From the IMG/VR virus record IMGVR_UViG_3300031992_000007, positions 96,001 through 160,000 of that record: a DNA stretch of 64,000 nucleotides. One strand, written 5' to 3'. Every line of letters begins with the position of its first letter. Positions within the stretch are counted from its first letter, which is position 1. Made by a program: the position numbers and the translations under genes. This DNA is from a virus (Duplodnaviria > Caudoviricetes). The notes below the pieces were generated by a model. It had not been told where the DNA came from, did not search any database, and was given only the letters and a program-made list of their open reading frames with translations. Positions 18,055-29,525 of this stretch are shown here, piece after piece.

Positions 18055-19026
18055 TTAGTCATTTTCGTACTTGGCTATCTTGGCGTTCAGCCTGTCGATA
18101 AGAGCCTGGTAGTTCTTGATGATGGTTGCGTACTTCTTGTACTCAGGGCTGTCCTGCGCAACACCATTGAGCTCGAGCTGGAGAAGCTGAGCACGGGCAT
18201 CGAGCTGGTCGCGTTCAGCAATCAGTTTCCTACGCTTGGCATCCGCAAGGCTGACGAACCAGTCACCGATGATACGGAAGATAGCGAGACCCTTGGCGCC
18301 AGCCTTGATATCACCATCCGTAACTTCATTGTTGATCTTGGCGAACTGGACAGTCGACTTGCTGTCCGTATTGACAACACCGATGTCGGCGCCAGAAGCA
18401 TGATACTTCTTGATAGCCTGGACGAAGGACTTGTCAAGCTGACCACCAAGCGTACGGTTGATCGTATCCGTAACTTCTGTCACATGAGCCTTGAGAGAAT
18501 CAAGCGTGTACTTGGCAGGCTTGAACAGCGTCTCGCTACGATCACTCATGAAGAGAGCGATGTAGTCCGTCACGAACTGAGCGAACACTCGGGCACTCTG
18601 TAGCATGCCATAGACAGCCACATGAGAGATCTTGGTGTTGTAGATCGTGATATTCTTGTCAGCGAAGAGCTGATCGATATTGTCGATCGTCTGATTGAGT
18701 ACCAGATAGAGCCCACTGAGAGTGTCCTGGAAAGCGCCAAGGAACTTCGACTCCATGGACTTCTTGGCAGCAGACATCAGCTGACCGTTGATCTGGTTGT
18801 AGATCTTGATCGACTCAAGGTTACTCCTGGCATTCTGATCCAAGTAGGCCTTGAGCTTGGGTCCAACCTCACCTTGGTTGATGATGCTGAGGAAGGAGTT
18901 GACATTGGACAGATAAGCTGTCGTATCGTCGATAACCGTGATGAGTTGATCCTTGGTCATCGTCTTGCCAGCAGCATCTTTGACTGTCTCGGTTACAGCC
19001 TTGTCGAGCTGATCGATGGATTTCAT
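18055..19026 (-). CDS. Putative virion structural (head) protein
   Basis: 323 aa with a C-terminal coiled coil; lies in the phiKZ gp87-gp90-like block (recalled). Confidence 0.55.
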   Translation of the reverse strand: MKSIDQLDKAVTETVKDAAGKTMTKDQLITVIDDTTAYLSNVNSFLSIINQGEVGPKLKAYLDQNARSNLESIKIYNQINGQLMSAAKKSMESKFLGAFQDTLSGLYLVLNQTIDNIDQLFADKNITIYNTKISHVAVYGMLQSARVFAQFVTDYIALFMSDRSETLFKPAKYTLDSLKAHVTEVTDTINRTLGGQLDKSFVQAIKKYHASGADIGVVNTDSKSTVQFAKINNEVTDGDIKAGAKGLAIFRIIGDWFVSLADAKRRKLIAERDQLDARAQLLQLELNGVAQDSPEYKKYATIIKNYQALIDRLNAKIAKYEND

Positions 19027-19050
19027 TGTTAAGTTACCTTTCTAAGGATA

Positions 19051-20127
19051 TTAGAATTTCGGGGCTGAACCAGCAGCGATAAGAGTCATGACCTGCTTGA
19101 GGTCAACTCCATCATCCTTCTTAGTGGCAGCCTCAACCATCTTGGCGTTGTACTGCCCGTAGTTCTGGATGCCGTTCATGAAGAGGTCGATAGTCTCGTA
19201 GCTGGGATCATAAACCACAATCATGAGAGTCATAAGTTCACTCATGAGCTTCTGCCTCTGTTGGAAGTTCTCCAGCTTGATGCCATTATCACGGCAGATG
19301 CGATCCATACGCTGCTTTGAGATAAGGATCATCGAGTTAGCAGCATTGTGATTCGTAACGACAGTGTTCGGCTTTATCCAGTTCCAAAGCTTCTTGAAGA
19401 AACCCTGGTCACGAGTATCTTCGACTTCACGAAGGATGCCGTCCTTGTCAAGCTTGAGAGCTTTCTTCCTCTTGGCGATACGATCAGCCTCGAAGACGAA
19501 GTCTCTCCAGAACTTGATCTCGCCAGCCTTCCACTGTGCCCAACGAAGAGCCTTGGACGGTTCAATGTGGTTACCGATGAACTGATCGAGAACAAGACCC
19601 GGGAGGATCTTGGGAAGCATCTGAATGAAGAAGTAGAGCTTGGCCGTATTCTGACCAGAACCGAGGTTGGCTTCAAGAAGACGTCCCGTGAAAAGTTTGG
19701 AAGCATCTGTCTCGATCTTCACGTCCTTGATACCGAAGTTGTCCTTCTGGTCATTCGATTTCTGCTTGTCCTCGTTAGCCTCGGTTGAAGGTTCGGCGTC
19801 ACCGAAATCCTTGACCATGTCCATGACAGACTTGTAGACGTCTTCAGTTGCAACAGCACCGAGCATCTGACGAACAGTGCGTCCACCAGAGATGACATTG
19901 TTCAGACCAAGTGCGCAGAACACCATGCCAGCGTAGATCTGGTTGCACAGTTTGAGAATGTTCAAAACAGTCGGTTCGCCCGAGATGATATCCTCGATGT
20001 AAACACGGCTCGTGATAAGAGTTTGTTTGGTGTACTCTGACAGAGAAGAGATACCACGGTCTTTAGCTTCCTCAACAACTTCCATGAGGTTCGACACGGT
20101 ATCGATGGTTTCTTTAATAGCAGCCAT
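19051..20127 (-). CDS. Putative virion structural protein (phiKZ gp89-like)
   Basis: SLSEYTK..ITSRVYIE and RWAQWKAGEIKFWRDFVF motifs; ATE and STE sites. Confidence 0.6.
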   Translation of the reverse strand: MAAIKETIDTVSNLMEVVEEAKDRGISSLSEYTKQTLITSRVYIEDIISGEPTVLNILKLCNQIYAGMVFCALGLNNVISGGRTVRQMLGAVATEDVYKSVMDMVKDFGDAEPSTEANEDKQKSNDQKDNFGIKDVKIETDASKLFTGRLLEANLGSGQNTAKLYFFIQMLPKILPGLVLDQFIGNHIEPSKALRWAQWKAGEIKFWRDFVFEADRIAKRKKALKLDKDGILREVEDTRDQGFFKKLWNWIKPNTVVTNHNAANSMILISKQRMDRICRDNGIKLENFQQRQKLMSELMTLMIVVYDPSYETIDLFMNGIQNYGQYNAKMVEAATKKDDGVDLKQVMTLIAAGSAPKF

Positions 20128-20220
20128 TTTAATGCCTTTCTTGTGTCTATGGAAAACCCATTTTTGACCATAGTATAGTTTTTTGTTTTCCTCAGAAAAA
20201 CCAAGGGTAGAGGAGGAAAA

Positions 20221-21768
20221 ATGGCCAATACGACAGTCATGCATGGGGGTGTGAAATATCGCATCCCGATTGCAAGTTCCAACCCTCAGCGGGTGCGTCA
20301 AATTTACAACAATTTAGCGAAGAAAGAACGTGCTGAAGTCTGGGATGGTCGACCCCTTGATGCGGAGGATAGACGACGCATTATGTCGGAAGCCAGAGCC
20401 CAGGAAATGAATGAGCGTGAGAATGCTGCAAGAAATGCATTTATAGCTGCCCATCCGCTTCCTAGGGATATCTCAGATCCTCAAGCAGAAAACAAAGCTC
20501 CCAATGGTCCTGGCAAAGGTGATGTCGGATTGTCTCAAAGACGAGTAACTCCAGTGCAGTCACTTGGAGGAATCGTACCTGATGAGAAGCACTATCTGGA
20601 CGATGCTAATGCCAAGGTCATGACGGATGCAGAACGAGATGCTCTTGTTCCTGCTTTGGCTGAGAAGTTCCGTAGGGATATCGCAGCTAACAAGAAGCCA
20701 GGTGGATTTGTTCACAAACCCATCGTTCCTTCTAACGATGGAGAGTTCGGTGATAAGCTGGTGGACATGGCTTTTCAGGCTGCTGGTTTAGGACGTCAAC
20801 ATTCGCAGATATCCAACTTCTTCAGAGAACATGATAGGTTTGAGCAGTCTTTCGTTCCTCCATCGGATGACTACGTTGGGTTCACCTTCTTCACAAGACC
20901 CCGGTTGAACCTTTCCGATGTCAACCTTGCTGGTGACAGAGTCTTTGCCCCAATGATGACAACGAGAACCAATGATGCGGCTTTTGCTATCAGGTGCTTG
21001 TTGGATACAGAGTTCTGTGACCAGCACTTCGCAACAGTTGCCGGATGCCCTCTCGTCAATGTCATGAACCCGTTCAATACTCTCTGGGGAAATGCCTGTA
21101 AGAGTATCACTGGTTTCCAGGATCCTCAGGTTTCTGTTGAAACCTCCAATCCAGGCTACTTTGGTGAAGAGCAGACAACTGCTATCGGTGGTGACGAGAA
21201 CAACAAAACCATCGACATCACTTGCACTTTCAGAGATACTGCTGGAACTCCAGTAGCTATGTCCTTCGAATGGTTTAGGCGTTATCTTACTAACCTCTAT
21301 CTAGGGAACTTCGTCCAGTATGCCAAAGATATCGACGCTAACAGGTTAGGCTACACGATGTCCATCTACAGGTTCATCGTAGACCGTACCTGGAAGACGA
21401 TAACCAAGGCTGCTAAACTCACTGGATGTTTCCCTGCCCACTCTCCGATAGGAGTTCCGTTCAACAAGAACGAAGGTGATAGAAGGATAACAGCCCTGGA
21501 CAACTTCAGTATCACTTTTAAGTGTAACCATGTGGATTTGGTTGACAACATTGTTCTCCACGAGTTCAACATGCTTGTCCGTAAGTTCAACCACTTGAAT
21601 AAATTCAAACAAGTTCAAGCCTATGGATATGAAGCCTCTGATAACCATGCTGGTATTCCTTACATCCGCGTAGGTCCAAGAGGTCCAGAGTTGATCTTCG
21701 CCAAGTTCGATAGCGATGCTGTTATCAACAGCGGTAGCGGGTTTGTCTCTGGAACTGGGTTAATTTAA
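20221..21768 (+). CDS. Putative virion structural protein (phiKZ gp88-like)
   Basis: GFTFFTRPRLNLS...IRCLLD...NPF and YTMSIYRFIVD motifs. Confidence 0.6.
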   Translation: MANTTVMHGGVKYRIPIASSNPQRVRQIYNNLAKKERAEVWDGRPLDAEDRRRIMSEARAQEMNERENAARNAFIAAHPLPRDISDPQAENKAPNGPGKGDVGLSQRRVTPVQSLGGIVPDEKHYLDDANAKVMTDAERDALVPALAEKFRRDIAANKKPGGFVHKPIVPSNDGEFGDKLVDMAFQAAGLGRQHSQISNFFREHDRFEQSFVPPSDDYVGFTFFTRPRLNLSDVNLAGDRVFAPMMTTRTNDAAFAIRCLLDTEFCDQHFATVAGCPLVNVMNPFNTLWGNACKSITGFQDPQVSVETSNPGYFGEEQTTAIGGDENNKTIDITCTFRDTAGTPVAMSFEWFRRYLTNLYLGNFVQYAKDIDANRLGYTMSIYRFIVDRTWKTITKAAKLTGCFPAHSPIGVPFNKNEGDRRITALDNFSITFKCNHVDLVDNIVLHEFNMLVRKFNHLNKFKQVQAYGYEASDNHAGIPYIRVGPRGPELIFAKFDSDAVINSGSGFVSGTGLI

Positions 21769-21834
21769 CCTTCAATAGAGCGAAGGTGTTTCGGCACCTT
21801 CGCTTCTATAACCTCTTTATTAAAGGAGTGAGTC

Positions 21835-24800
21835 ATGAACAATACAGATTGGACAATGGACGGAATGAACGATCCGTTGCTCCTACAAGAGAAACTGCTC
21901 AACAGGTTCGAACAAGAAACTGGGACTGCGATCGTCGATCCCAACAACACACCTTCTCTACTCATGGAGGCTTTTGCTGACACGACGTCTGGGTTGATAA
22001 GGAAGATCGAGGATACTGTACGCCCTGCTATCTACCCGGCACGAGCCAAGGAAGCAGTAGAGCTGTACAAGCATCTCAGCGACTACGATTACGTCAATGT
22101 CTTTGCAACACCTGCTCAGACAACTCTTCTGATGACCTTGGACAAAGCGTACGTGATGGCTAATGCCATGTCGTTCACTGACAAGGACGGGGTTCTCTAC
22201 TACAAGCTCATCATACCCAAGACAACCATCTTCACTATCGGCGACCACAAGTTCGGTCTCTACTACCCGATAGAGATAAGGTGTAATGTCACGACCAACC
22301 GACTATACATCGTCTACGATACTTCGGAAGTCAACCCGATGCACTCTCTTGCCTCCAATGTCCTTGAGTACGACATCCGTGAGGTTGAGGGTCATGACAT
22401 CATCTACTTGAAGATACCAGTCTATCAGTTCCAGGTCGATGTCTACGATGACAACGTCGTTATTGGCTCTGGCTACAAGAGGGTTATCAGTTACAATGAT
22501 CGCTTCTATGCCATCCGCGCAAGGGCTTCTGTTCTCCAGAACCCCGGACACGACGAGAATGTTGATGATGAATGGGCGATGGAGGAAATCAAACTCTGCG
22601 CGTCTGGCATGAACTACGACACCGACCAGGTGACGATGGTGTTCACACCAGATCCGGATGCTTTGACTGTCACTCTCGAGATTCCCTACATCTACTTCTC
22701 CAAGGGTCTTATCAACGGAGATGTCGAGGTTGAGATCTACACCACAGAAGGTGAGATCAACTACACCCTTCCTACCATCGAGGAACAGGAAGAGCTCGAA
22801 CTCTGCACGGTTGATATGTTCAACCGCCTTGTTACGGATGATGGCATTACTCCTTATGTCGATCCTTTCCGCAAGATGCCTGCTCTGTCTATCGTTCCTT
22901 TGAACGCGGCGGTAGTTGGTGGGTCTAACGGGATGGACCTCGATACTCTAAGGAGACATGTTGTCAACGGAACTCTCAAGAGCAAGACTCTTCAGACCCC
23001 TGCCGACATCAACGCCTATTTCGAAACCCAGGGTTACAAATCGACTATCCTCAGGGATGGTGTAACTGACCGTATATTCTTGGTTCACTCTTCGGTTCAG
23101 AATGTCTCCAACGAGATCATCTCGGCTGGTACTCTGAACACGATCTTCGACTTCAGGGATAACAACCTGAAGAACTACTCGACGATTACCAAGAGTGATA
23201 ATGGTCATATCTTCACGGTCCTTCCATCTACTGTCTACAGGTTCGATTATGACAAGAACGTTGTTGTGCCTTTGACGGACAATGAGAGAACTGAGCTGGA
23301 TGAGCTTGCTATGGCTGACCAAGTTGCTGAATACAACAAGAGCATCTACACGGTCAACCCATTCCACTTGCAGGTAGATACTTCTTCTCGCTACCCGACC
23401 TCTATCACGTACGACATGCGTGACATCGAGATCAAGTCTAGGCAGTTCATCGGGGACAGGGACTCCCAGGAGTACCAGCTTATCCTCAACTCTATCTCGG
23501 TTGCTATCGAGAAGAGTGAGAAGAACCCTCTGACTGACAAGTACGTCTTTACATTCAGAGTCAGCCACTCTGGTCTGGATGATGTTCCTCCAGTTGTTGT
23601 TCAGGAAGATGGATCTGTTGTCAAGAACTTCAGAGTTATTTGCGGTCTGAAGAACATTGATGGAGCTTATGTGTTCAATGAAGCTGAGTTCGTCAAGGAG
23701 GAAGATGGTTTCTACTACTTCAAGCTCAGCATCTATTCGGACTACAGGTTCCACCAGGACAACAACGAACACTCCGTCGAGTTCACGATGTTCGGTAATA
23801 ACGACGAAGTGACCAATATCTTCTACCTTACTTCGGAGATGCGTGTCATGCTCACCATCAATGGTGACATAGGCAACGTCAAGGATCCTGATGGTGATGG
23901 TATTGTTACAGCTTCTCGTGGTATCATCACGGATTACACCAATGCTCCGCTCATCGACAATGTTGATGACTACTATGCTCTTACGGAGTACAGACTTGCT
24001 TGCAAGTTCGGTTCGGTAGTGGATGAGCTGGACCAGAGGGTCAACCTGACTTACAGTCAGATGGAATACCTCAGGTACGGCTACACCAAGTTCAAACAAC
24101 TTGCTCAGCCTCTGTACAAGACGGACTACAAGGGCGACCTTGAACTCGAATCGTACGTGGATGAAGAAGGAGTTACTCAGTGGCGTCCAGTCAAGCTGTT
24201 CCCTGCTGGTATACTCGAGTGCCTCACGGAAACTCTTGAGGAAACTATAACTTTCAATAAGTTCACTATCAAGAACTACGTTGGATGTGAGGTAACAAAG
24301 GGTCCGTCTGAAACCAGTGGAACTATAGTCCCCGAGTACGACTCGGCACATCCTGACATCCAGCAGAACTGGTGGAACAAGACATTCACTGTGCTCAAAG
24401 CCCCGATAGTTCCTAGGTTCAAGGTAATTGATGCCAGCGATGTTGAGGGAACCTCGACCATTGCAACTGGTGTGTACGAATTACTGAATGCCAAGGAAGC
24501 TGCAAGAGCTACAGCTTACTTCACCGACAAGTGGGTCAAGACGGTCCCTGCTGTTACAGTAGGTCAGCAGACCAACTGGGTGAACAACTTCGAAGTGGTT
24601 GACATACTTCAGTTCATTCGTGACTCCTACTCGATCGTGGAACATTCTCAGATGAGCAAGTATACTCCAAAGGTAGGCGAGTTCATTCTTGAGACCAATA
24701 TCGCAGCTGGTGAGTTCGATGACCTTGAGAAGGGTGAACTTCTTGGGCAGATTCGGTCCAATGTGAATTGGGCTCGTATCTTGTACTGCTGCAACAAGAA

Positions 24801-25908
24801 CCTCGAACCTGCGGTTCTTGCTTCGGTACAGAACGATGTCGCTCTTGGAGAGATCATTACTGCTGGTGGGTGGAAATCCATTCCGGGCTTCGATGACGAC
24901 GGAAATCCTCTTCCGCCTGTCTACCACTACTGTGGATTCGTCTACAGAGCTCACATGCTTGAAGACAGTGCCATTACTGGAACGACGATCAATCAGGAGT
25001 TCGTCCACTTCTTCAAGACAACTACACTTGAAGATGGTGGAGTTGTACCTGCTCTTACGTACACGACTGTTGAGAAACAGTACGAGACGGATGCAGAGAA
25101 TCTCAGTTATGCCAAGGAGAAGGCGTGGTACAGCAACTGCGAGAAATATCCTTGGGACTGCGAGACCTGGTATCTGATCGATGACAGCTCTACACCGATC
25201 ACCATCAAGATCGACCAGAAGTTCGACATTCAGCTTGATGAATCCCGCATGTACAAGTACCTTGTACACAGTGGACGTCAGTATGACTTGGACGAGAAGG
25301 GCAATCTTCAGGAGGATCCGAATGCAGACTCTCGTCACATTGAATACATGATCGCCATGCTTCAGCTGGATGCCAAGCACACCAAGGTAACTGGGCAGAG
25401 TAACTTCCTCTCCACTATCTCTGGTGTACTCAGGACGCACTTCGATAACCTCGGTAACGCTCGTAACGAGATGTTCACCAACACAAGGTTGTTCTTCGAG
25501 GCATTCAAGTCCATCGGTTACGGAGTATTCCGTGTTGGACCAGATGTCAATGAACAGCTTCAGTTGGACATCGAGGTGTCTCTCAGATTGCATGTTGCTT
25601 CTGACACAGCTGCTGATGCAACTCTTCGTGAGTCCATCAAGAACCAGATAGTCTACATCATCGATACGAAGCTTCAGCAGGGTTACCTCAACCTTAATGA
25701 AGTTGCCAATCAGGTGATGTCTGACTTGGCCGGCACGATCATCCTGGTCGATGTGCTTGGGATCAATGGACGTCCTGATATTCAGACTCTCAAGTCTTTG
25801 GATAGCAGTGTTCGTCCTCACCTCAAGCATTCTCTTGTTCTCATGGACGATGGAACTACGACAGTTGTCACACGTGGACTCAACCTTGAGTTCGTCGTTG
25901 ATGATTAA
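21835..25908 (+). CDS. Putative baseplate wedge-like structural protein (phiKZ gp87-like)
   Basis: 1357 aa; IVDPNN..LLME, YP..A....LYKHLSDYDY..F.TPA, IYTT.G and GGSNG motifs. Confidence 0.6.
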   Translation: MNNTDWTMDGMNDPLLLQEKLLNRFEQETGTAIVDPNNTPSLLMEAFADTTSGLIRKIEDTVRPAIYPARAKEAVELYKHLSDYDYVNVFATPAQTTLLMTLDKAYVMANAMSFTDKDGVLYYKLIIPKTTIFTIGDHKFGLYYPIEIRCNVTTNRLYIVYDTSEVNPMHSLASNVLEYDIREVEGHDIIYLKIPVYQFQVDVYDDNVVIGSGYKRVISYNDRFYAIRARASVLQNPGHDENVDDEWAMEEIKLCASGMNYDTDQVTMVFTPDPDALTVTLEIPYIYFSKGLINGDVEVEIYTTEGEINYTLPTIEEQEELELCTVDMFNRLVTDDGITPYVDPFRKMPALSIVPLNAAVVGGSNGMDLDTLRRHVVNGTLKSKTLQTPADINAYFETQGYKSTILRDGVTDRIFLVHSSVQNVSNEIISAGTLNTIFDFRDNNLKNYSTITKSDNGHIFTVLPSTVYRFDYDKNVVVPLTDNERTELDELAMADQVAEYNKSIYTVNPFHLQVDTSSRYPTSITYDMRDIEIKSRQFIGDRDSQEYQLILNSISVAIEKSEKNPLTDKYVFTFRVSHSGLDDVPPVVVQEDGSVVKNFRVICGLKNIDGAYVFNEAEFVKEEDGFYYFKLSIYSDYRFHQDNNEHSVEFTMFGNNDEVTNIFYLTSEMRVMLTINGDIGNVKDPDGDGIVTASRGIITDYTNAPLIDNVDDYYALTEYRLACKFGSVVDELDQRVNLTYSQMEYLRYGYTKFKQLAQPLYKTDYKGDLELESYVDEEGVTQWRPVKLFPAGILECLTETLEETITFNKFTIKNYVGCEVTKGPSETSGTIVPEYDSAHPDIQQNWWNKTFTVLKAPIVPRFKVIDASDVEGTSTIATGVYELLNAKEAARATAYFTDKWVKTVPAVTVGQQTNWVNNFEVVDILQFIRDSYSIVEHSQMSKYTPKVGEFILETNIAAGEFDDLEKGELLGQIRSNVNWARILYCCNKNLEPAVLASVQNDVALGEIITAGGWKSIPGFDDDGNPLPPVYHYCGFVYRAHMLEDSAITGTTINQEFVHFFKTTTLEDGGVVPALTYTTVEKQYETDAENLSYAKEKAWYSNCEKYPWDCETWYLIDDSSTPITIKIDQKFDIQLDESRMYKYLVHSGRQYDLDEKGNLQEDPNADSRHIEYMIAMLQLDAKHTKVTGQSNFLSTISGVLRTHFDNLGNARNEMFTNTRLFFEAFKSIGYGVFRVGPDVNEQLQLDIEVSLRLHVASDTAADATLRESIKNQIVYIIDTKLQQGYLNLNEVANQVMSDLAGTIILVDVLGINGRPDIQTLKSLDSSVRPHLKHSLVLMDDGTTTVVTRGLNLEFVVDD

Positions 25909-25919
25909 AATAACCTTAG

Positions 25920-25946
25920 CCTACCCCGACCGTAAGGCCGGGGTAG
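25920..25946. terminator. Terminator between convergent genes
   Basis: CCTACCCCG...CGGGGTAGG stem. Confidence 0.7.
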
Positions 25947-25959
25947 GTGATGGGTTCTT

Positions 25960-26760
25960 TTAGTTAAAGAACGCAGTACTGTTGAGTTGTTTGCAGAGTT
26001 CAGTAAGGAACTTGATAGACCAAGCTTCAGGGCTAGCAGCATCGTTGAGAATATCCCTGTCAACTTGCAGCTTATCTATCTGGTTCTCAGAAGCATGGTT
26101 CATGAAATGATCCTGACCTTCTCTCTTGATACGGAGAACAATACCTCCTTCAGACTTGATCATATCCCTTTCGTTAGGGAAACGAACATCCGTAATCAAG
26201 AGTATTCCAGGATAATCTGATTCCTTACGGAAATCCAAGATCTTCTTCCTACAGAGCTCTACCCAGATATCATCCCTCCAGACATTGCGGAACATTTCAG
26301 TACCGCACATCTGCAGGAACTGACGAGGAGATATTCCCCAGAAAGGATCAATCTCGTTCTTCAACTTGGGATCGTAGCACTGTTCGAATGTGAATCCAAC
26401 TGCCATTGCAATCTGCTTGAGCGGCTGAGCAAAAGCAATCTTGGAACAACGAAGAGATTTCAGCAGTCCAGTCGTTGTCTTGCAGGGGGTACTTTCCGCA
26501 TAGCCATTGGGTGTTCTTACTGACCAGTCATGGTAAACATTCCCCAGATCCTGAAGTAGTTCAACTCCAGTATCCTTGCCAGATCCAGCATAGCCAGTAA
26601 TACCGACTATTAGAACCTTATTGGGCTTGCTATTGCAAGCATCTGTGATAGTTCGAGCTACGCGTTCGAAATACCAACTGGTACTGGGTTGTGCCCAAGT
26701 GTACAGATCAGATCTGTTCAAATGGGTATTGAGCTCACTTATCAGTTTTGATGTATTCAT
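25960..26760 (-). CDS. Deoxynucleoside monophosphate kinase
   Basis: GITGYAGSGKDT P-loop, FAQPLK, SPRQFLQMCGTE, ITDVRFPNE, HASE. Confidence 0.92.
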   Translation of the reverse strand: MNTSKLISELNTHLNRSDLYTWAQPSTSWYFERVARTITDACNSKPNKVLIVGITGYAGSGKDTGVELLQDLGNVYHDWSVRTPNGYAESTPCKTTTGLLKSLRCSKIAFAQPLKQIAMAVGFTFEQCYDPKLKNEIDPFWGISPRQFLQMCGTEMFRNVWRDDIWVELCRKKILDFRKESDYPGILLITDVRFPNERDMIKSEGGIVLRIKREGQDHFMNHASENQIDKLQVDRDILNDAASPEAWSIKFLTELCKQLNSTAFFN

Positions 26761-27224
26761 TTTCTGTCTCCTAACAGTTGAACGAACCTGTCTAACTCGG
26801 ATGGAAAGATCTCGATGTAGTGGATACCCGCAGCAAGACTGTCAACGTCAATCGTAGTCTCACAACGCAGTCTCCTGGTAGCAAGAGAAAGTTTAAAGCT
26901 TGCAGAATGACACTTGAAAGGAATGTGTACCTTTAAAGTGACGCGTGCTTTGGATCTACCACCAAGATACCTTGCTCTTTTGATCGAACTAATATCCTTG
27001 GGTTCGGATATAGCCGTCTCATGAATACCTGGCTTGTATGTTGGGTGACAACAAACAAAGTCTGCTTGTGTCATAACCAAGATATCCTTGTCAGGAAGAA
27101 CACTACAGTTAGTGAGTCGCTTGACTTGTACCCTCCACATATTGGAGGCTATGATGTCATGGTCGAACCACCTAAGCAGGGCTACGAAAGGTCTCTTTAT
27201 TTTCCAAAACAAGTCGTAGAACAT
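26757..27224 (-). CDS. Hypothetical protein
   Basis: 155-aa ORF with an AGGAGG RBS; overlaps the kinase start. Confidence 0.65.
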   Translation of the reverse strand: MFYDLFWKIKRPFVALLRWFDHDIIASNMWRVQVKRLTNCSVLPDKDILVMTQADFVCCHPTYKPGIHETAISEPKDISSIKRARYLGGRSKARVTLKVHIPFKCHSASFKLSLATRRLRCETTIDVDSLAAGIHYIEIFPSELDRFVQLLGDRK

Positions 27225-27235
27225 AGTTCCACCTC

Positions 27236-27433
27236 CTACACAACTCTTGAAGGTATGCTGTGGTTAATAGGTGAAGGCTTGCCGCAAGGCATGATGTCGA
27301 CTTCTCCATCATGAGAGCATTTAATAGAGTGCTTGCAAGTGAGACATGTGTCCTTCCCAACAGCGTGAAAATCCTGTGGGAGACTGTCGTCTCTCTCATA
27401 ACGTGAACAGGTCGAAGACGAATACATTTCCAT
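27236..27433 (-). CDS. Small Cys/His-rich hypothetical protein
   Basis: AGGAG RBS; a TATATTGC promoter variant at 27462-27469. Confidence 0.55.
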   Translation of the reverse strand: MEMYSSSTCSRYERDDSLPQDFHAVGKDTCLTCKHSIKCSHDGEVDIMPCGKPSPINHSIPSRVV

Positions 27434-27754
27434 TGCTTAACTCCTTTGATTGGTTAACTTTGCAATATATGTCAAACTAGGTTAATTAACTAAACCCTTG
27501 TCTGAACCATGCTATGGAATTCCGTTTCGGTTAGCTACCGAAAACATCCGTTAACGTTAACTCATAAATGAGGAATTAGGCCAATGGCTGCGATAAACAA
27601 ACGACAAGTCCTCGCAACACTGACTGCATACGCGATTGTGCGGTCTGTTGTTGATGAGGTCAAGCCGAACACAGGTGGTCCTGAACTCGAACAGAAGAAG
27701 GATCGAGTGGTGTTCGATAAACTTATGAAAGCAATGAATGCAAAGGAGGCTGCA

Positions 27755-29444
27755 AATGGCTAACCTGCAAGGCTTTCGTGCGATGCTGACAGAATACGTC
27801 AATACTGGACGTGGTCTCCCTTGCATTGCGCTCAAACAGGACAACGAATTCGGTCAAGCGTTCTCCCGCATAGTTACTGTGGACAACCGCAGGACTGGTG
27901 AGAGTGACTCCATGGTGACCGGCAGATATGTGGATGAGATTTGTGCAGCTCTTGCTGACGAATCCAATGCCGAGACTATCAAGGTGTTCGACTCTCTCTG
28001 CGACGCATTCGCTGCTAAAGTCACAGCTGCGTGGAAGAGCATCGGTGGAGTAAGAGAGTCTGCCAGGGAAATGGCTCACGAGATCAACACTCTCGCTGAT
28101 GCCCTTGCCAAGGCAGATGGTTACATCGAGACTCACGCTGCTTATGGTCAGCTCAGTGAAGACTTCCCGTCATTCACCTGGGGTGGTCTTAGTGTCATGG
28201 GCGCTATCAACGAAGTGATCAAGTCTGTCCATACTCTCGCTGCTCCTGGTTCTGATGGAATTTCAGATCAGGTTGACAAGCGTGCCTTCGATATCGTCGT
28301 TGCGAACATTGACAAGTTCGTCACGATCAAGAAGGTTCCTGGTGTAAAGGAAGAGGATCGCACTGCTCTCGTTGATGCGACCAAGAAGGTTGTTCCTGAT
28401 ACCCCTGTCGCTACAGTGGTTGACATTGTGGATCTCGTTCTCGGCATCAAACCGTTCATCGAGATCTTCAAGAGCCTTAAGAATGTCACTTCCAGTATCG
28501 GCAAGGACTTCTTCAAGGATCTCCGTAGGTTCGACAGCTTCATCAACGATGTCTATCCTGTTGTGGATGGAATGGTCAACAACAGCATCGCTCTTCCTGA
28601 AGCTATCAAGGCCGAAGTGGCAGCCAACGCTATGTCGATGGTGACCTTCTGCAAGATAGCTGCCTACTACGAACACATGCTCCGTACGACTATCTTCCGC
28701 GAAGCTTTCCTCCTCCAGGACGGAATGCTCAATGAGGATAACCGCAAGGCATTCGAGGAAGCTGGCGGCAAGCCCGAGATGATCTCCACCTACATCCGCA
28801 AGATGTATAATGACAAGCGTGAAGAGATTCCTGCTCTTGGTGTCAAGAGCGAGAGCATCATCAAGGCTTATGGCAACATCTCTGAGCAGGTCAAGGAGGA
28901 CATCAAGGAAGTTGAACGCAAGGTTGCTTTGGCTCGTACCAAGGCTAACGTGTCGGCTTTCGTACGTGTTGCCCGCGAGTATCTTGCCAAGCATGCAACG
29001 CCCGAGTTCGCTAGCACTGGCACCTACATCGATGCCAAGATGCGTGACTATGGCATGTGCATAGCGGATACCATCCGTCATTACAACATCAACATGGTCG
29101 ATGCGTGCATGTCGCTCATCGTCAAGACTGAGTATCCTGGCACGTTCGTGGAAACCCTCCATGACAAGCTCGGTGTTGCTTACCTTGCGATGGTCAACGA
29201 CGGCAACGGAGAGGTCAACGAGGAAGATATCTGCTGCGCAGAGGTTGGTGTCATAACTGACGTCGTCTGTGAATTCGTGATGGATCGCTTCTTCGAAGTT
29301 GTTGTTTGTCAGGAGAGGGTTGTTCCTTCGGCTCTTCAGAACCAGAAGATCGAGGAGACTACTCCTGAACAGACCGATCACATTCAGACTCCTGAGGAGA
29401 AGGTAAAGGATAATCCTGCCGCCACTCCTGCCACGGAGTCCTAA
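27755..29444 (+). CDS. Hypothetical protein, probably a virion protein
   Basis: Long ORF with strong codon bias; likely start MANLQG (about 27756) after AGGAGG. Confidence 0.65.
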
Positions 29445-29479
29445 TCTTTAACACCTGTTAGGGATATAAACAAGCAAGC

Positions 29480-29506
29480 CCCTACCCCGGGAGTACCGGG
29501 GTAGGG
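29480..29506. terminator. Terminator between convergent genes
   Basis: CCCTACCCCGG...CCGGGGTAGGG with a T-tract on the right. Confidence 0.75.
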
Positions 29507-29525
29507 AACCTACTTTTCTTTTTGT

